Shown piece by piece: positions 54,481 through 62,828 of a stretch of DNA of 64,000 nucleotides (positions within the stretch are counted from its first letter, which is position 1; every line of letters begins with the position of its first letter). The notes below the pieces were generated by a model that saw only the letters and a list, made by a program, of their open reading frames with translations, did no database searches and had not been told where the DNA came from. Where the stretch lies: assembly GCA_964504715.1 (NCBI GenBank), contig CAZDEP010000006.1, forward strand, positions 4,748 to 68,747, given 5' to 3'. Both the position numbers and the translations under genes were made by a program. This DNA is from an uncultured Candidatus Saccharibacteria bacterium. Lineage in GTDB: Bacteria; Patescibacteriota; Doudnabacteria; UBA920.

Positions 54481-54915
54481 ATGGGCGAACATTTTAATTT
54501 TTTGGATGACCCCACAACCAAATCCCAGCTCACACAATTGCTCGAGACGCACTTAGACGCCCTTTCCAGCTTCTCAAAAGGCGAGCAATATATGACCCAG
54601 GCTTTTGCGGCACTGGAGGCAGATAAATGGTTCCGGCACATGCTATCCACCGCAAGCAATAAAGACCTGGAAGGCATTGCAACGCAGCTGGCTTTGGGTG
54701 AGTACGCTAAAAAACCGTCTTCAGATGCTGCCTATGAGGTGGTAGTCGCGAGTAATGATATAGCCATCGCAGCCGTAAAAGGCCATACCATCGACGAAAA
54801 GCAGGTTAAATTTGATTCGAAAATTCAGGAATTTTATTTGAGTAAACTATTAGAACTAAGGGCGCGCGCCCGGGAAATTGCTGGCACGCCTTCTGATACT
54901 AAAGATATTAATTAA
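54481..54915 (+). CDS. Hypothetical protein (144 aa)
   Basis: ORF followed by a terminator; no recognisable motif. Confidence 0.4.
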   Translation: MGEHFNFLDDPTTKSQLTQLLETHLDALSSFSKGEQYMTQAFAALEADKWFRHMLSTASNKDLEGIATQLALGEYAKKPSSDAAYEVVVASNDIAIAAVKGHTIDEKQVKFDSKIQEFYLSKLLELRARAREIAGTPSDTKDIN

Positions 54916-54916
54916 A

Positions 54917-54940
54917 GGCTCAACCGGTTGAGCCTTTCAA
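54917..54940 (+). terminator. Terminator hairpin aggctcaaccggttgagcct
   Basis: Perfect 8-bp stem followed by an A/T stretch. Confidence 0.55.
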
Positions 54941-54953
54941 AACAGCCATCTTT

Positions 54954-55265
54954 ATGCTACTTTTTGCGCTAGGCTTTATTATAGGTTTAGGATCGGGTTG
55001 GCTAATATCCAAATACTCGACCGGCCAGCCGCTAATAGGACACTTTGTACAAAATCAGGTAGAAACCCGCAAAAAACATTTGGATGCCGTTTTGGCCCTG
55101 TCCGCAAGGCAGGCAAAAATTACCAACGACGACGTGCAGCGCGAACTAAAAGTCAGTGACGCCACAGCCACCAGGTATTTGGAAACATTGGCTGAATTCG
55201 GACAGCTAACCCGCGTGGGCCAAAGAGGTCAAAGCGTCTATTATACATCACAAGTACACAGATAA
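54954..55265 (+). CDS. Membrane-anchored winged-HTH protein
   Basis: N-terminal TM (LLFALGFIIGLGSGWLI) then an HTH (ITNDDVQRELKVSDATATRYLETLAEFGQL). Confidence 0.45.
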   Translation: MLLFALGFIIGLGSGWLISKYSTGQPLIGHFVQNQVETRKKHLDAVLALSARQAKITNDDVQRELKVSDATATRYLETLAEFGQLTRVGQRGQSVYYTSQVHR

Positions 55266-55266
55266 C

Positions 55267-55402
55267 ACATCACAAATACATAAATCACAGTAGACCACGG
55301 CAATCGGTATGGCATAAATAGATTGCTTCGGATGCACTCGCAATGACATTATCGAAACTTATAGCGTTTGTGTAATTGGTGATATTGGTGCATTTGTGAT
55401 CA
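55267..55402. repeat. CAAAT-family inverted repeat (locus G) with a central conserved motif
   Basis: Left arm catcacaaat acataaat cacag...; right arm gtgtaattg gtgatattg gtgcatttg tgatc. The centre is aaatagattgcttcggatgcactcgcaatgaca. Confidence 0.7.
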
Positions 55403-55516
55403 GAATAATTTATGTTTAACAACCGAAAACTTATAAACAAAATAATGCAGGTTTTGGCCGTAATAATAATTGCCACAACCGTAATTATGCTTTTTGGTCC
55501 GGCGTTTTTAAATTAG

Positions 55517-56005
55517 ATGTTTAAATTTAACTTACATCCCGGGGAAAAAGTCGTACAAACTTACCGCCAGGCGGAAATTATTTTGGTGCGTCCGGTTTTA
55601 ATAGTTTTCATTTTAATTTACGCGCCATGGGCTTTTTTAATCAAGTATGACCTTATTCGGCAAAGCACCCGCTGGCTGTTTTTTTGGACGGCTTTGGTGG
55701 TGTTATATGCGCTTTACAAATACCTCCTGTGGCTTATAAACGCTTATATTGTAACTGACAAGCGGCTTATTTCCGTGCATTATTTAAGCCTGGTCCACAA
55801 GGTAGTTTTGGAAACACCTTTGGACAGGATACAAAATATAAGTTTTGAAACCAAAGGCCTGTGGCGCTCCCTTTTAAAAGTTGGTAATGTGGTAGTACAG
55901 GTCGCTTCTTTAAACCAGCCGATGGTCTTAAAAAACCTTAAAAATCCGGATTCCGTTAAAGATCTCCTCTGGAAAATCCACACCCGGCCGCTTAACCGCA
56001 TATAA
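55517..56005 (+). CDS. bPH_2 (YdbS/YdbT-like) membrane-flanked PH-domain protein
   Basis: HPGEKVV ... two TM helices ... TDKRLISV ... GNVVVQVA pattern. Confidence 0.5.
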   Translation: MFKFNLHPGEKVVQTYRQAEIILVRPVLIVFILIYAPWAFLIKYDLIRQSTRWLFFWTALVVLYALYKYLLWLINAYIVTDKRLISVHYLSLVHKVVLETPLDRIQNISFETKGLWRSLLKVGNVVVQVASLNQPMVLKNLKNPDSVKDLLWKIHTRPLNRI

Positions 56006-56006
56006 A

Positions 56007-56381
56007 ATGAAAATCGCTTGGACATCCAAATGGGTAATTTTTGGACTTGTGATTCTCACAATTTTTTTTGCTGAGCAAAAATACCGGCAATTCCGTTTGC
56101 AGGCAAAAATTGAAACGGAAAAAGTCAGCCTCCAAAAGGAGCTCCAGGGATTGGAGGGGAGAAATTCCGAGCTCCAGCGTACACTCGGCTATTTGGACTC
56201 CGATACCTACAAAGAACTCATTGCCAAACAGCAGCTAAACTTGCAAAAAAATGGCGAATTGGCCTACAGCTTTTCCGAAAACCAGGCTCCGCCGGATACG
56301 GGCAATGCGCAGCAAAACTTAAGCGGACTTAGCAATTTCCAAAAATGGGCAAACTATTTTTTAAATAAACCCAAACAATAA
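56007..56381 (+). CDS. Septum formation initiator (FtsB/DivIC-like) protein
   Basis: N-terminal TM plus coiled coil (LQKELQGLEGRNSELQRTLGYL). Confidence 0.5.
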   Translation: MKIAWTSKWVIFGLVILTIFFAEQKYRQFRLQAKIETEKVSLQKELQGLEGRNSELQRTLGYLDSDTYKELIAKQQLNLQKNGELAYSFSENQAPPDTGNAQQNLSGLSNFQKWANYFLNKPKQ

Positions 56382-57209
56382 ATGACAAAAAATAACCATA
56401 CATCCTTTAAACACATACTGCTGTGGGCCTGTGGCCCGGTGGTTTTTTTAATTGCGTTCGGCTACTGGCTTAAAGCAGCGCCGTTTTCCGGTATAAAAAA
56501 AGCGGTAATGTTGGCTATTCCCGTCCCCATGGCCAGGGTTAATTCCCATATTATTTACAGCACCGAATATATAAATAGATTTAACGATTACTCCGCTCTT
56601 AAAAACGCCGGCATAAATTTGTCCGCCGCGCCAAAAGACGCCGCGCTGCAGAATTTAATTTATGAGAGTCGGCTGGATGAATTGGCGAGGGCTGAAAAGG
56701 CCAAATTAAAACCCGCTTCCGATTTCATTGACTTAAACGCGGAAGAGCTTAAAAAGAGTCAGCTGATTAAACGGGCCGCCGAAGCAGATGCGAAAAAATC
56801 CGCACTTAAATTCTGGTTTTATTCGCAAAAAACGCTCAACTCCGGGGCGTGGGAAAAGGCGGAGAAAATAATAAGCCAGGCCAAAGACGGGGCGGATTTT
56901 GGCACCCTGGCCAAAACTTACAGCGATGACCGGCAATCCTTGATGTTGGAAGGGGACTTGGGTCCGCAAAATCCGGAAGACATGCTCTTTGAAATAAGGC
57001 AGCCGCTGGCAGCCTTAAAATCCGGAGAAGTGGCGATTATCCCAAGCAGGTTGGGCCTGCATGTTATTCAGGTTTACAAAAAAGAAAATTCTGAAAATGG
57101 CAAGGATATGCTATACTTAAAACAAATCTTCCTCAAGGGTTCGGACTTCGAAACTTGGGTTTTAGAGGAAACAAAAAATTATCAAGTCAGCCAATGGCTG
57201 GCCATATAA
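56382..57209 (+). CDS. PpiC-type peptidyl-prolyl cis-trans isomerase (parvulin; SurA/PrsA-like)
   Basis: Parvulin domain GADFGTLAKTYSDDRQSLMLEGDLGPQNPEDMLFEIRQPL...GLHVIQV; N-terminal membrane anchor. Confidence 0.8.
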   Translation: MTKNNHTSFKHILLWACGPVVFLIAFGYWLKAAPFSGIKKAVMLAIPVPMARVNSHIIYSTEYINRFNDYSALKNAGINLSAAPKDAALQNLIYESRLDELARAEKAKLKPASDFIDLNAEELKKSQLIKRAAEADAKKSALKFWFYSQKTLNSGAWEKAEKIISQAKDGADFGTLAKTYSDDRQSLMLEGDLGPQNPEDMLFEIRQPLAALKSGEVAIIPSRLGLHVIQVYKKENSENGKDMLYLKQIFLKGSDFETWVLEETKNYQVSQWLAI

Positions 57210-57218
57210 AAAAATAAA

Positions 57219-59003
57219 ATGAACCAAGACATAATCAATTACATAAAAGAAGGCAGGCAGCATAACCTGGCGGATATTGAAATTAAGCAAAATTTGCTGA
57301 ACGTCGGCTGGGATGCCGGGACCGTGGAGGAAAGCTTTGCGCATTTAAAGGCGCAGGAAAACCGTTCGCCCGTCAACAGGGACGAAGACATAAAACCGGA
57401 AAGCCCCGCGGGCAGCGGCCCAAACTTGAATTTCCATTTAAGCCAGCATATGCAGGAGCAAAAACCGCAAGCCAATGTGCAGCCCGCTGCAGCGTTGCCG
57501 GCCATAGGTTTGGGCGGGAGCCCGCAAAAAAGCGGCAGCCGAATGGCAAAAATTTTGGGCGGGGTCATTGCGGCCGTAATTTTGCTTGCCGGCGCGGGCG
57601 CGGCGGCCTATTTTTATGTTTACCAGAACCCTGAAAGGGTGTGGAAAAAATTCAGCTCAACGGATCAGGACAAAACCTTCAGCGGAAACCTGAAAATTTC
57701 TTACAAAGACACGGGCGCTATAACCCCCGAAGATTCTTTGGGTATGACGCTTAAAGATATCAGCTTGGATTTAACCAGCAAGGTCTATAGCGACATAAAA
57801 GCGGACAGCCCGCAAAGCAGCGCGGAAATGTCCTACTCTTTTTCCAGCGGAAACACGAGTTTTTCCACCGGTTTTGAATACCGCCTGATTGGCAAAAAAC
57901 TCTATATGAACGTCGGCAGCAACCCGTTTTTGGTAAATATGTTTGCCCAGCTCGGAAAGGGGAAGCAAATAAATTGGATAGTTTTGGACATTGCGGAGCT
58001 TGAAAAAAAGGCGGATCAGGAAAACTCGGAAAAAGCCAACCAACTGAGGCAGGCGTTTAACGACCAGCTGTTTGGCGAGATCCAAAAAACCTGGAACGAC
58101 GCCAGTTTTGTAAAAATGGACAAATACCTCGGCCGTGAAAAAGTTAACAACAAAAACACTTTGCATTTTGCCAATACGCTCGACAAACAGGCCATTAAAA
58201 ACACTTTTGGTGAAATTGTCGACCGTTTGGTAAAAGCCGCCAAAGATTCCGGGGAAAACGTGGACGACTCAACAGTTAATACGGTAAAAACCACTGTAAA
58301 TGCCCTGGTAGACAAGCTCGAAGTCAAGCAGTTTGAAACATGGATAGGGGTAACCGATTTTAAAATATATAAAGTCAGCATAAAAACCAGCGCGCCTTCG
58401 GTCGTTTCGACCATAAAAACCGCATTCCAAGGGCCGCAGGAATCTTCGCGCGACGCAAAACGTCTGTCGGACGTCAGGCAAATGGCTTCGGCTCTGGAAC
58501 TATACTTTAACGATAAAAACCGATACCCGGCGTCAAAAGACGGCAAGCCGGTGGGATTATCCCCATCTTACATTGGCGAATTTCCCAATTCGCCCACGCC
58601 CGCGGACGGAAACTGCACCGACTATTACAACACTTACTGGTATGAAACCTCGACCGATGGCTCCACATACCAACTGACTTTCTGCCTAGGCAAAAATACC
58701 GGCGGTTACACTTCGGGCATTATGAAGCTCTCCCCCCGGGGGATCGAGGAAGTTGCGGAATGCCCCAGTACGCCCGAAAATTGCTACAAGAATGGCAAGC
58801 CTGGGTCCAATGCAGAAGTTGATGTCGCGGATATAGAGAAAAGCATAAAAGAAAAAGTGGAAAGCATTAGTTTTGACGCTGCCTTCGAAATTACGGCTGA
58901 CTACAGCGACTACGGAGTCAAAAAAGAAGTTACCGCGCCTGAAGGGGCTTTTGACTTAATCGAACTTTTAGACAGCAGCGGTGAACAACTGCTTTCAAAC
59001 TAA
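57219..59003 (+). CDS. Large membrane protein with a C-terminal type-IV-pilin-like globular domain
   Basis: TM helix (ILGGVIAAVILLAGAGAAAYF). C-terminal RDAKRLSDVRQMASALELYFNDKNRYP ... C...C core matches the pilin/pseudopilin head motif. Confidence 0.55.
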   Translation: MNQDIINYIKEGRQHNLADIEIKQNLLNVGWDAGTVEESFAHLKAQENRSPVNRDEDIKPESPAGSGPNLNFHLSQHMQEQKPQANVQPAAALPAIGLGGSPQKSGSRMAKILGGVIAAVILLAGAGAAAYFYVYQNPERVWKKFSSTDQDKTFSGNLKISYKDTGAITPEDSLGMTLKDISLDLTSKVYSDIKADSPQSSAEMSYSFSSGNTSFSTGFEYRLIGKKLYMNVGSNPFLVNMFAQLGKGKQINWIVLDIAELEKKADQENSEKANQLRQAFNDQLFGEIQKTWNDASFVKMDKYLGREKVNNKNTLHFANTLDKQAIKNTFGEIVDRLVKAAKDSGENVDDSTVNTVKTTVNALVDKLEVKQFETWIGVTDFKIYKVSIKTSAPSVVSTIKTAFQGPQESSRDAKRLSDVRQMASALELYFNDKNRYPASKDGKPVGLSPSYIGEFPNSPTPADGNCTDYYNTYWYETSTDGSTYQLTFCLGKNTGGYTSGIMKLSPRGIEEVAECPSTPENCYKNGKPGSNAEVDVADIEKSIKEKVESISFDAAFEITADYSDYGVKKEVTAPEGAFDLIELLDSSGEQLLSN

Positions 59004-59008
59004 TTTTT

Positions 59009-59416
59009 ATGATAAAGGGCGTTGGGCAAAAAGGATTTATTTTACCGGGAGTGGAAGGCCTAATTATGATAGGCGGGCTTATGGTTTCAGTAACCCTTCT
59101 TAGCTTAAATTCGGCCCGAATGAAGTCGCGAGATGCCAAACGGATGGCGGACACCAGGCAAATTGCTGCGGCTTTGGAATTGTATTATAACGACCGGCAA
59201 GCCTATCCCGGAAGTTTGAACGAACTCACCCCAAATTATATTGGCATTCTGCCCACTGCACCAAAGCCCCAGGATGGGACATGCACAGCCGAACAAAATG
59301 AGTATAAATACACAAATATGGGCAAAGAAAAATACGAATTCACTTTTTGTCTGGGCAACATAACTAGCGGGTATCAGGCCGGGCCTAGGACCCTAAGCGA
59401 AGCAGGCATAAAATAA
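59009..59416 (+). CDS. Type IV pilin/pseudopilin-like protein with a degenerate prepilin leader
   Basis: KGFILPGVEGLIMIGGLMVSV (G-F but no Glu5) then SRDAKRMADTRQIAAALELYYNDRQAYP and paired Cys; paralogous to the C-terminus of the upstream gene. Confidence 0.6.
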   Translation: MIKGVGQKGFILPGVEGLIMIGGLMVSVTLLSLNSARMKSRDAKRMADTRQIAAALELYYNDRQAYPGSLNELTPNYIGILPTAPKPQDGTCTAEQNEYKYTNMGKEKYEFTFCLGNITSGYQAGPRTLSEAGIK

Positions 59417-59479
59417 CCACTACATATTTTTAAAAACGGGACTGTTTTCTTTTGGAAATGGTTCCGTTCTTTTTATTTT

Positions 59480-59740
59480 ACGCCGGAGTAGCTATTCTAA
59501 GAGCCCCAGAGCAGCCCCGTGGACCTTGCAGGCGCAAGCGCGCTTGCCGCTTTCGTAGCGGCGTGTTTGACCCTAGACGCCTTAAGGTTCGCGTTTACTT
59601 TCGCGATGTTGTCCTTAAGGGGTTTTAACTTCGCTTATTATGCGCGCGCTACGACGGAAGTTCGAGCGGTGTAGCGTGGCCTAACAGCTGAGCAGTCCAT
59701 AAATGGGCACGCTACCTTTATTGCGGTGCTAGTTTTTGGT
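59480..59740. ncRNA. GC-rich, highly self-complementary intergenic region; candidate structured RNA of unknown family
   Basis: About 58% GC in an AT-rich genome. Dyads include gcaagcgcgcttgc, gccgc-tttcgta-gcggc, ccttaagg[tcgcg-tttacttt-cgcga]ccttaagg and cgctacgacgg-aagttcgag-cggtgtagcg. No ORF. Confidence 0.3.
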
Positions 59741-59751
59741 ATAATAGCCGT

Positions 59752-60552
59752 ATGAAAATCGGTATTTTTGATTCGGGGCTTGGGGGACTTACTGTTGCCA
59801 AAGCGCTATTTAAAAAACTTCCCAGTTACGACTACTTATACTTGGGAGACACAAAAAACCTGCCATACGGGCAAAAGACACCGGCTGAAATTTATCGCCT
59901 TACCCAAAGGGGCGTTAATTTTTTATTTCAAAACGGCTGTCAACTAATTATTATTGCCTGCAACACCGCTTCGGCTTTGGCCTTGCGCAAAATCCAGCAA
60001 AAATATTTGCCCAAACATTGGCCCAAAAAACGGGTGCTTGGAGTAATAATCCCCACGCTGGAAGAAGCCGACAAAAAGCACCGCGGCAAAACTTTGGGGG
60101 TAATTGGCACCACGGCAACCGTAAAGTCCCATATATATAAAAAAGAATTGAAAAAAATAGACAGCCGCGCCCGGATTTTTGAACTTGCCACTCCCGGGCT
60201 GGTGCCGCTAATAGAAAAAAATTCTTTACAAAAAGCCACAAAATTACTACAATTATACCTGCAGCAGCTTCAAAACAAGGGGATTGAGGCGCTGGTTTTG
60301 GCTTGCACTCATTACCCCATTTTAAAAGCGTCGGCCAAAAAATATGCGGGACCTAAAACCAGCGTTATCAGCCAGGACGAAATTATTCCGGGCAAACTTA
60401 CGGATTATTTAAAAAGGCATGCGGAAATATCCTCCCAGCTTTCCAAAAACGCGCGACGGGATTTCCTGGTCACTGCCAAAAGTAAAACTTTTAGTTCCGT
60501 AGCCAAGAGGCTGTTTGGCAGGAAAATTAATTTTAGGCTCGCGAAATACTAA
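59752..60552 (+). CDS. murI: Glutamate racemase
   Basis: KIGIFDSGLGGLTV and IIACNTAS; TGGTATAAT extended -10 directly upstream. Confidence 0.9.
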   Translation: MKIGIFDSGLGGLTVAKALFKKLPSYDYLYLGDTKNLPYGQKTPAEIYRLTQRGVNFLFQNGCQLIIIACNTASALALRKIQQKYLPKHWPKKRVLGVIIPTLEEADKKHRGKTLGVIGTTATVKSHIYKKELKKIDSRARIFELATPGLVPLIEKNSLQKATKLLQLYLQQLQNKGIEALVLACTHYPILKASAKKYAGPKTSVISQDEIIPGKLTDYLKRHAEISSQLSKNARRDFLVTAKSKTFSSVAKRLFGRKINFRLAKY

Positions 60553-60664
60553 CACAGGCCTGCAAGGTTTAAAGGTTTCTTCGAGGACAGGCGTTAATAT
60601 TCAAAAACCGGTGATAATCAACGCCCGGCCGCAACGACTTACTATACAAACAGTGCTTAATGGT

Positions 60665-60740
60665 GCCGGCTTAGCTCATCTGGTAGAGCAGCGGTATCGT
60701 AAACCGCAGGTGGTCGGTTCAAGTCCGACAGCCGGCTCCA
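60665..60740 (+). tRNA. tRNA-Thr (anticodon CGT)
   Basis: Acceptor GCCGGCT/AGCCGGC, D-arm GCTC-ATCTGGTA-GAGC, anticodon stem GCGGT/ACCGC with loop ATCGTAA, T-arm GTCGG-TTCAAGT-CCGAC, encoded CCA. Confidence 0.9.
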
Positions 60741-60955
60741 CTAAGTACTGTGGTTTGCAAAAATCATCCGATGGTTGCGAAGTCGGGCGGACCCGCCCGC
60801 CATTATATTGGCAAAGTAAATCAGCCCATAAGTTAGCCGATTTGTTGGCTTTTCTTTCCTAGGCTGCAAGCATAAAACCTACCCCAAGTCAAGGCTATAT
60901 AGTCTTGACATGAGAAGCTATTTTAGATACATTTAATGCGTTATTTAAGCGGGAT

Positions 60956-61300
60956 ATGGACGAAGAACATAACAAAACCGAATATAAGGTTCCGGGCCGG
61001 GTGGATTTGGATAAACTGCACAGGGAGGAACAGGAAATAAGGGAATTCAACGATGTAACACGGCGAAAACAAGGCCCGAAACTTTTAAATGCTATGTCGC
61101 TGGTATCTGTAGGACTGGATTTTGCCGTAATTTTAGCAGCCCCACTGCTGGTCGGCATTTTCCTAGGCCGCTATATAGACGGCAAAATGGGAACCAAATA
61201 CTGGGTGATTGTGGGCATACTTGTCGCCATGGTCGTGTCCGCCGTCGGAATTTACAAGCACACTAAGCGAGTGGAAAGATTAATGAAAACGAAAAAATAA
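60956..61300 (+). CDS. AtpZ/AtpI-like small membrane protein preceding the ATP synthase operon
   Basis: Two C-terminal TM helices (LVSVGLDFAVILAAPLLVGIFLGRYIDGKMGTKYWVIVGILVAMVVSAVGIY); the true start may be the internal Met near 61094. Confidence 0.45.
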   Translation: MDEEHNKTEYKVPGRVDLDKLHREEQEIREFNDVTRRKQGPKLLNAMSLVSVGLDFAVILAAPLLVGIFLGRYIDGKMGTKYWVIVGILVAMVVSAVGIYKHTKRVERLMKTKK

Positions 61301-62178
61301 TGGAACTGCACTTGCCGCCGCTTGCGGCAGAAACCATCTTTAATATAGGACCACTGCCCATAACCAATTCATATTTAAACACGACACTGGCTTTGGCAGT
61401 TTTTATTGTCCTGGCGATATTCATTCAAATCGGCATTAAAAAATATTACACCGCCAATCTGGCGCCAAAAGGTTTTTTAAACTTTTTTGAATGGCTCGTG
61501 GAAACCATGTTTGGCTACTTGGACCAGGTTACGGGCGACAGGAAAAAATCCTTAAAATTCCTGCCTATAATCGGCGGATTTTTCCTCTTTATTCTTGTGG
61601 CAAACTGGATGGGACTTTTGCCAGGAACGGGCTCTGTAACCATTACGGCATTGCACAACGGCGAAGTTGAAGCCCTGCCGCTATTTAGGCCCAGTAACAC
61701 CGATTTAAATATGACCCTGGCCATGGCAATTTTGGCCGTGGTTTCTTCCCACATTTTGGGCGCGGCCACAATTGGCTTCTTTAAATACGCCAACCGTTTT
61801 ATAAAGCTTGGCGATTTGTACAAAGCGTTGGTTTCCCTAAGTCCCGTAAAAATCCTCACCGCGGTAATCGAATTTTTCGTCGGCTTTATAGAAATCTTTT
61901 CCGAAGTGGCCAAAATGGTTTCTTTGTCGCTCCGGCTTTACGGCAACGTTTTTGCGGGCGAAGTTTTGCTTACAGTTTTGGCAAGTTTAATGGCCTACGT
62001 AGTGCCATTGCCTTTTATGGGCCTTGAATTGCTCGTGGGCCTTATCCAGGCCGTGGTCTTTTCCATGTTAACTCTGGTATATTTAAATTTGGCGACTACT
62101 GACACACATGGCCATGCAGAGAGCGGCCACGGTGCAGAACACGTGGAAGTTGAAGAAAACCAAGTGCCGACAGTTTGA
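61300..62178 (+). CDS. atpB: ATP synthase F0 subunit a
   Basis: LSLRLYGNVFAGEVLL with the essential Arg. Confidence 0.9.
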   Translation: MELHLPPLAAETIFNIGPLPITNSYLNTTLALAVFIVLAIFIQIGIKKYYTANLAPKGFLNFFEWLVETMFGYLDQVTGDRKKSLKFLPIIGGFFLFILVANWMGLLPGTGSVTITALHNGEVEALPLFRPSNTDLNMTLAMAILAVVSSHILGAATIGFFKYANRFIKLGDLYKALVSLSPVKILTAVIEFFVGFIEIFSEVAKMVSLSLRLYGNVFAGEVLLTVLASLMAYVVPLPFMGLELLVGLIQAVVFSMLTLVYLNLATTDTHGHAESGHGAEHVEVEENQVPTV

Positions 62179-62223
62179 AGCTTGAATTAAGAATTATGAA
62201 TTAAGAATCAAAATTTTTATTCT

Positions 62224-62301
62224 TTCACTAATGCACAAATGGCACAAACAGATAAAATACTGCAATTAGGTGATATCAGTGGAATTTGTGTATCAGTGGA
62301 C
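62224..62301. repeat. CAAAT-family inverted repeat (locus H) in the atpB-atpE spacer
   Basis: Left arm cactaat gcacaaat ggcacaaac; right arm attaggtga tatcagtgg aatttgtgt atcagtgg. Confidence 0.7.
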
Positions 62302-62384
62302 GAGTAAATTAATTTAGCACGCAAGACGACGTTAAATAACAACAACAAATACCGTCGATCGACCGTGAAAGAAAGGTTAGCACT

Positions 62385-62603
62385 ATGGATGCAGAATCCG
62401 TAACAGCAGTCGCAAAGGCTGCAACCATCGCAATTGGCGGCGCTATGCCGGCTTACGCGATTGGCAAAACCGCTTCCAAGGCCATGGAAAGCATTGGCCG
62501 CAACCCGGAAGCCGCTGACAAAATTTTCGTACCTATGCTTTTGTCGCTGGCTTTTGCCGAAGCTATCGCCATTTACGCTTTGGTCATTACCTTCACCCTC
62601 TAA
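62385..62603 (+). CDS. atpE: ATP synthase F0 subunit c
   Basis: GRNPEAADKIFVPMLLSLAFAEAIAIYALVI (hairpin with the essential Glu). Confidence 0.9.
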   Translation: MDAESVTAVAKAATIAIGGAMPAYAIGKTASKAMESIGRNPEAADKIFVPMLLSLAFAEAIAIYALVITFTL

Positions 62604-62697
62604 TTGAGTGATTTTAGGTTTACCGATACACGTGCTTGTGCGAGTGTCATCGCGAGGAGACAAAGGGCCTTATCTTTGTCGACGTGGCGATCTTTTA

Positions 62698-62757
62698 GCA
62701 AAATAGATTGCTTCGCTTTTCAGATGAAGCCCTGAAAAACTCGCAATGACACAAATA
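62698..62757. repeat. Second copy of the aaatagattgcttcg ... ctcgcaatgaca motif with a CAAAT-family tail, in the atpE-atpF spacer
   Basis: gcaaaatagattgcttcg[cttttcagatgaagccctgaaaaa]ctcgcaatgacacaaatagataaatac; compare 55311-55353. Confidence 0.6.
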
Positions 62758-62828
62758 GATAAATACTTACCCGTGTCTATCTAGCTAGTATAGTATTCGG
62801 TAAACCAATGAATCATTAAATATACACT

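Noticed and set aside
59480-59740. tmRNA (ssrA) hypothesis for the GC-rich structured region, prompted by a minus-strand GCG CGC GCA TAA TAA (ARA-stop-stop) and a GGGGCTG string
   Set aside because: No acceptor-stem GGGG at a plausible 5' end. No T-arm/CCA tRNA-like 3' domain in either orientation or in permuted order. The tag-like frame does not start with a resume-codon context. Left as an unclassified candidate ncRNA.
60515-60862. Track ORF 60515..60862 (+), 115 aa
   Set aside because: It overlaps the murI 3' end and fully contains the tRNA-Thr gene. Its translation is tRNA sequence read as protein.
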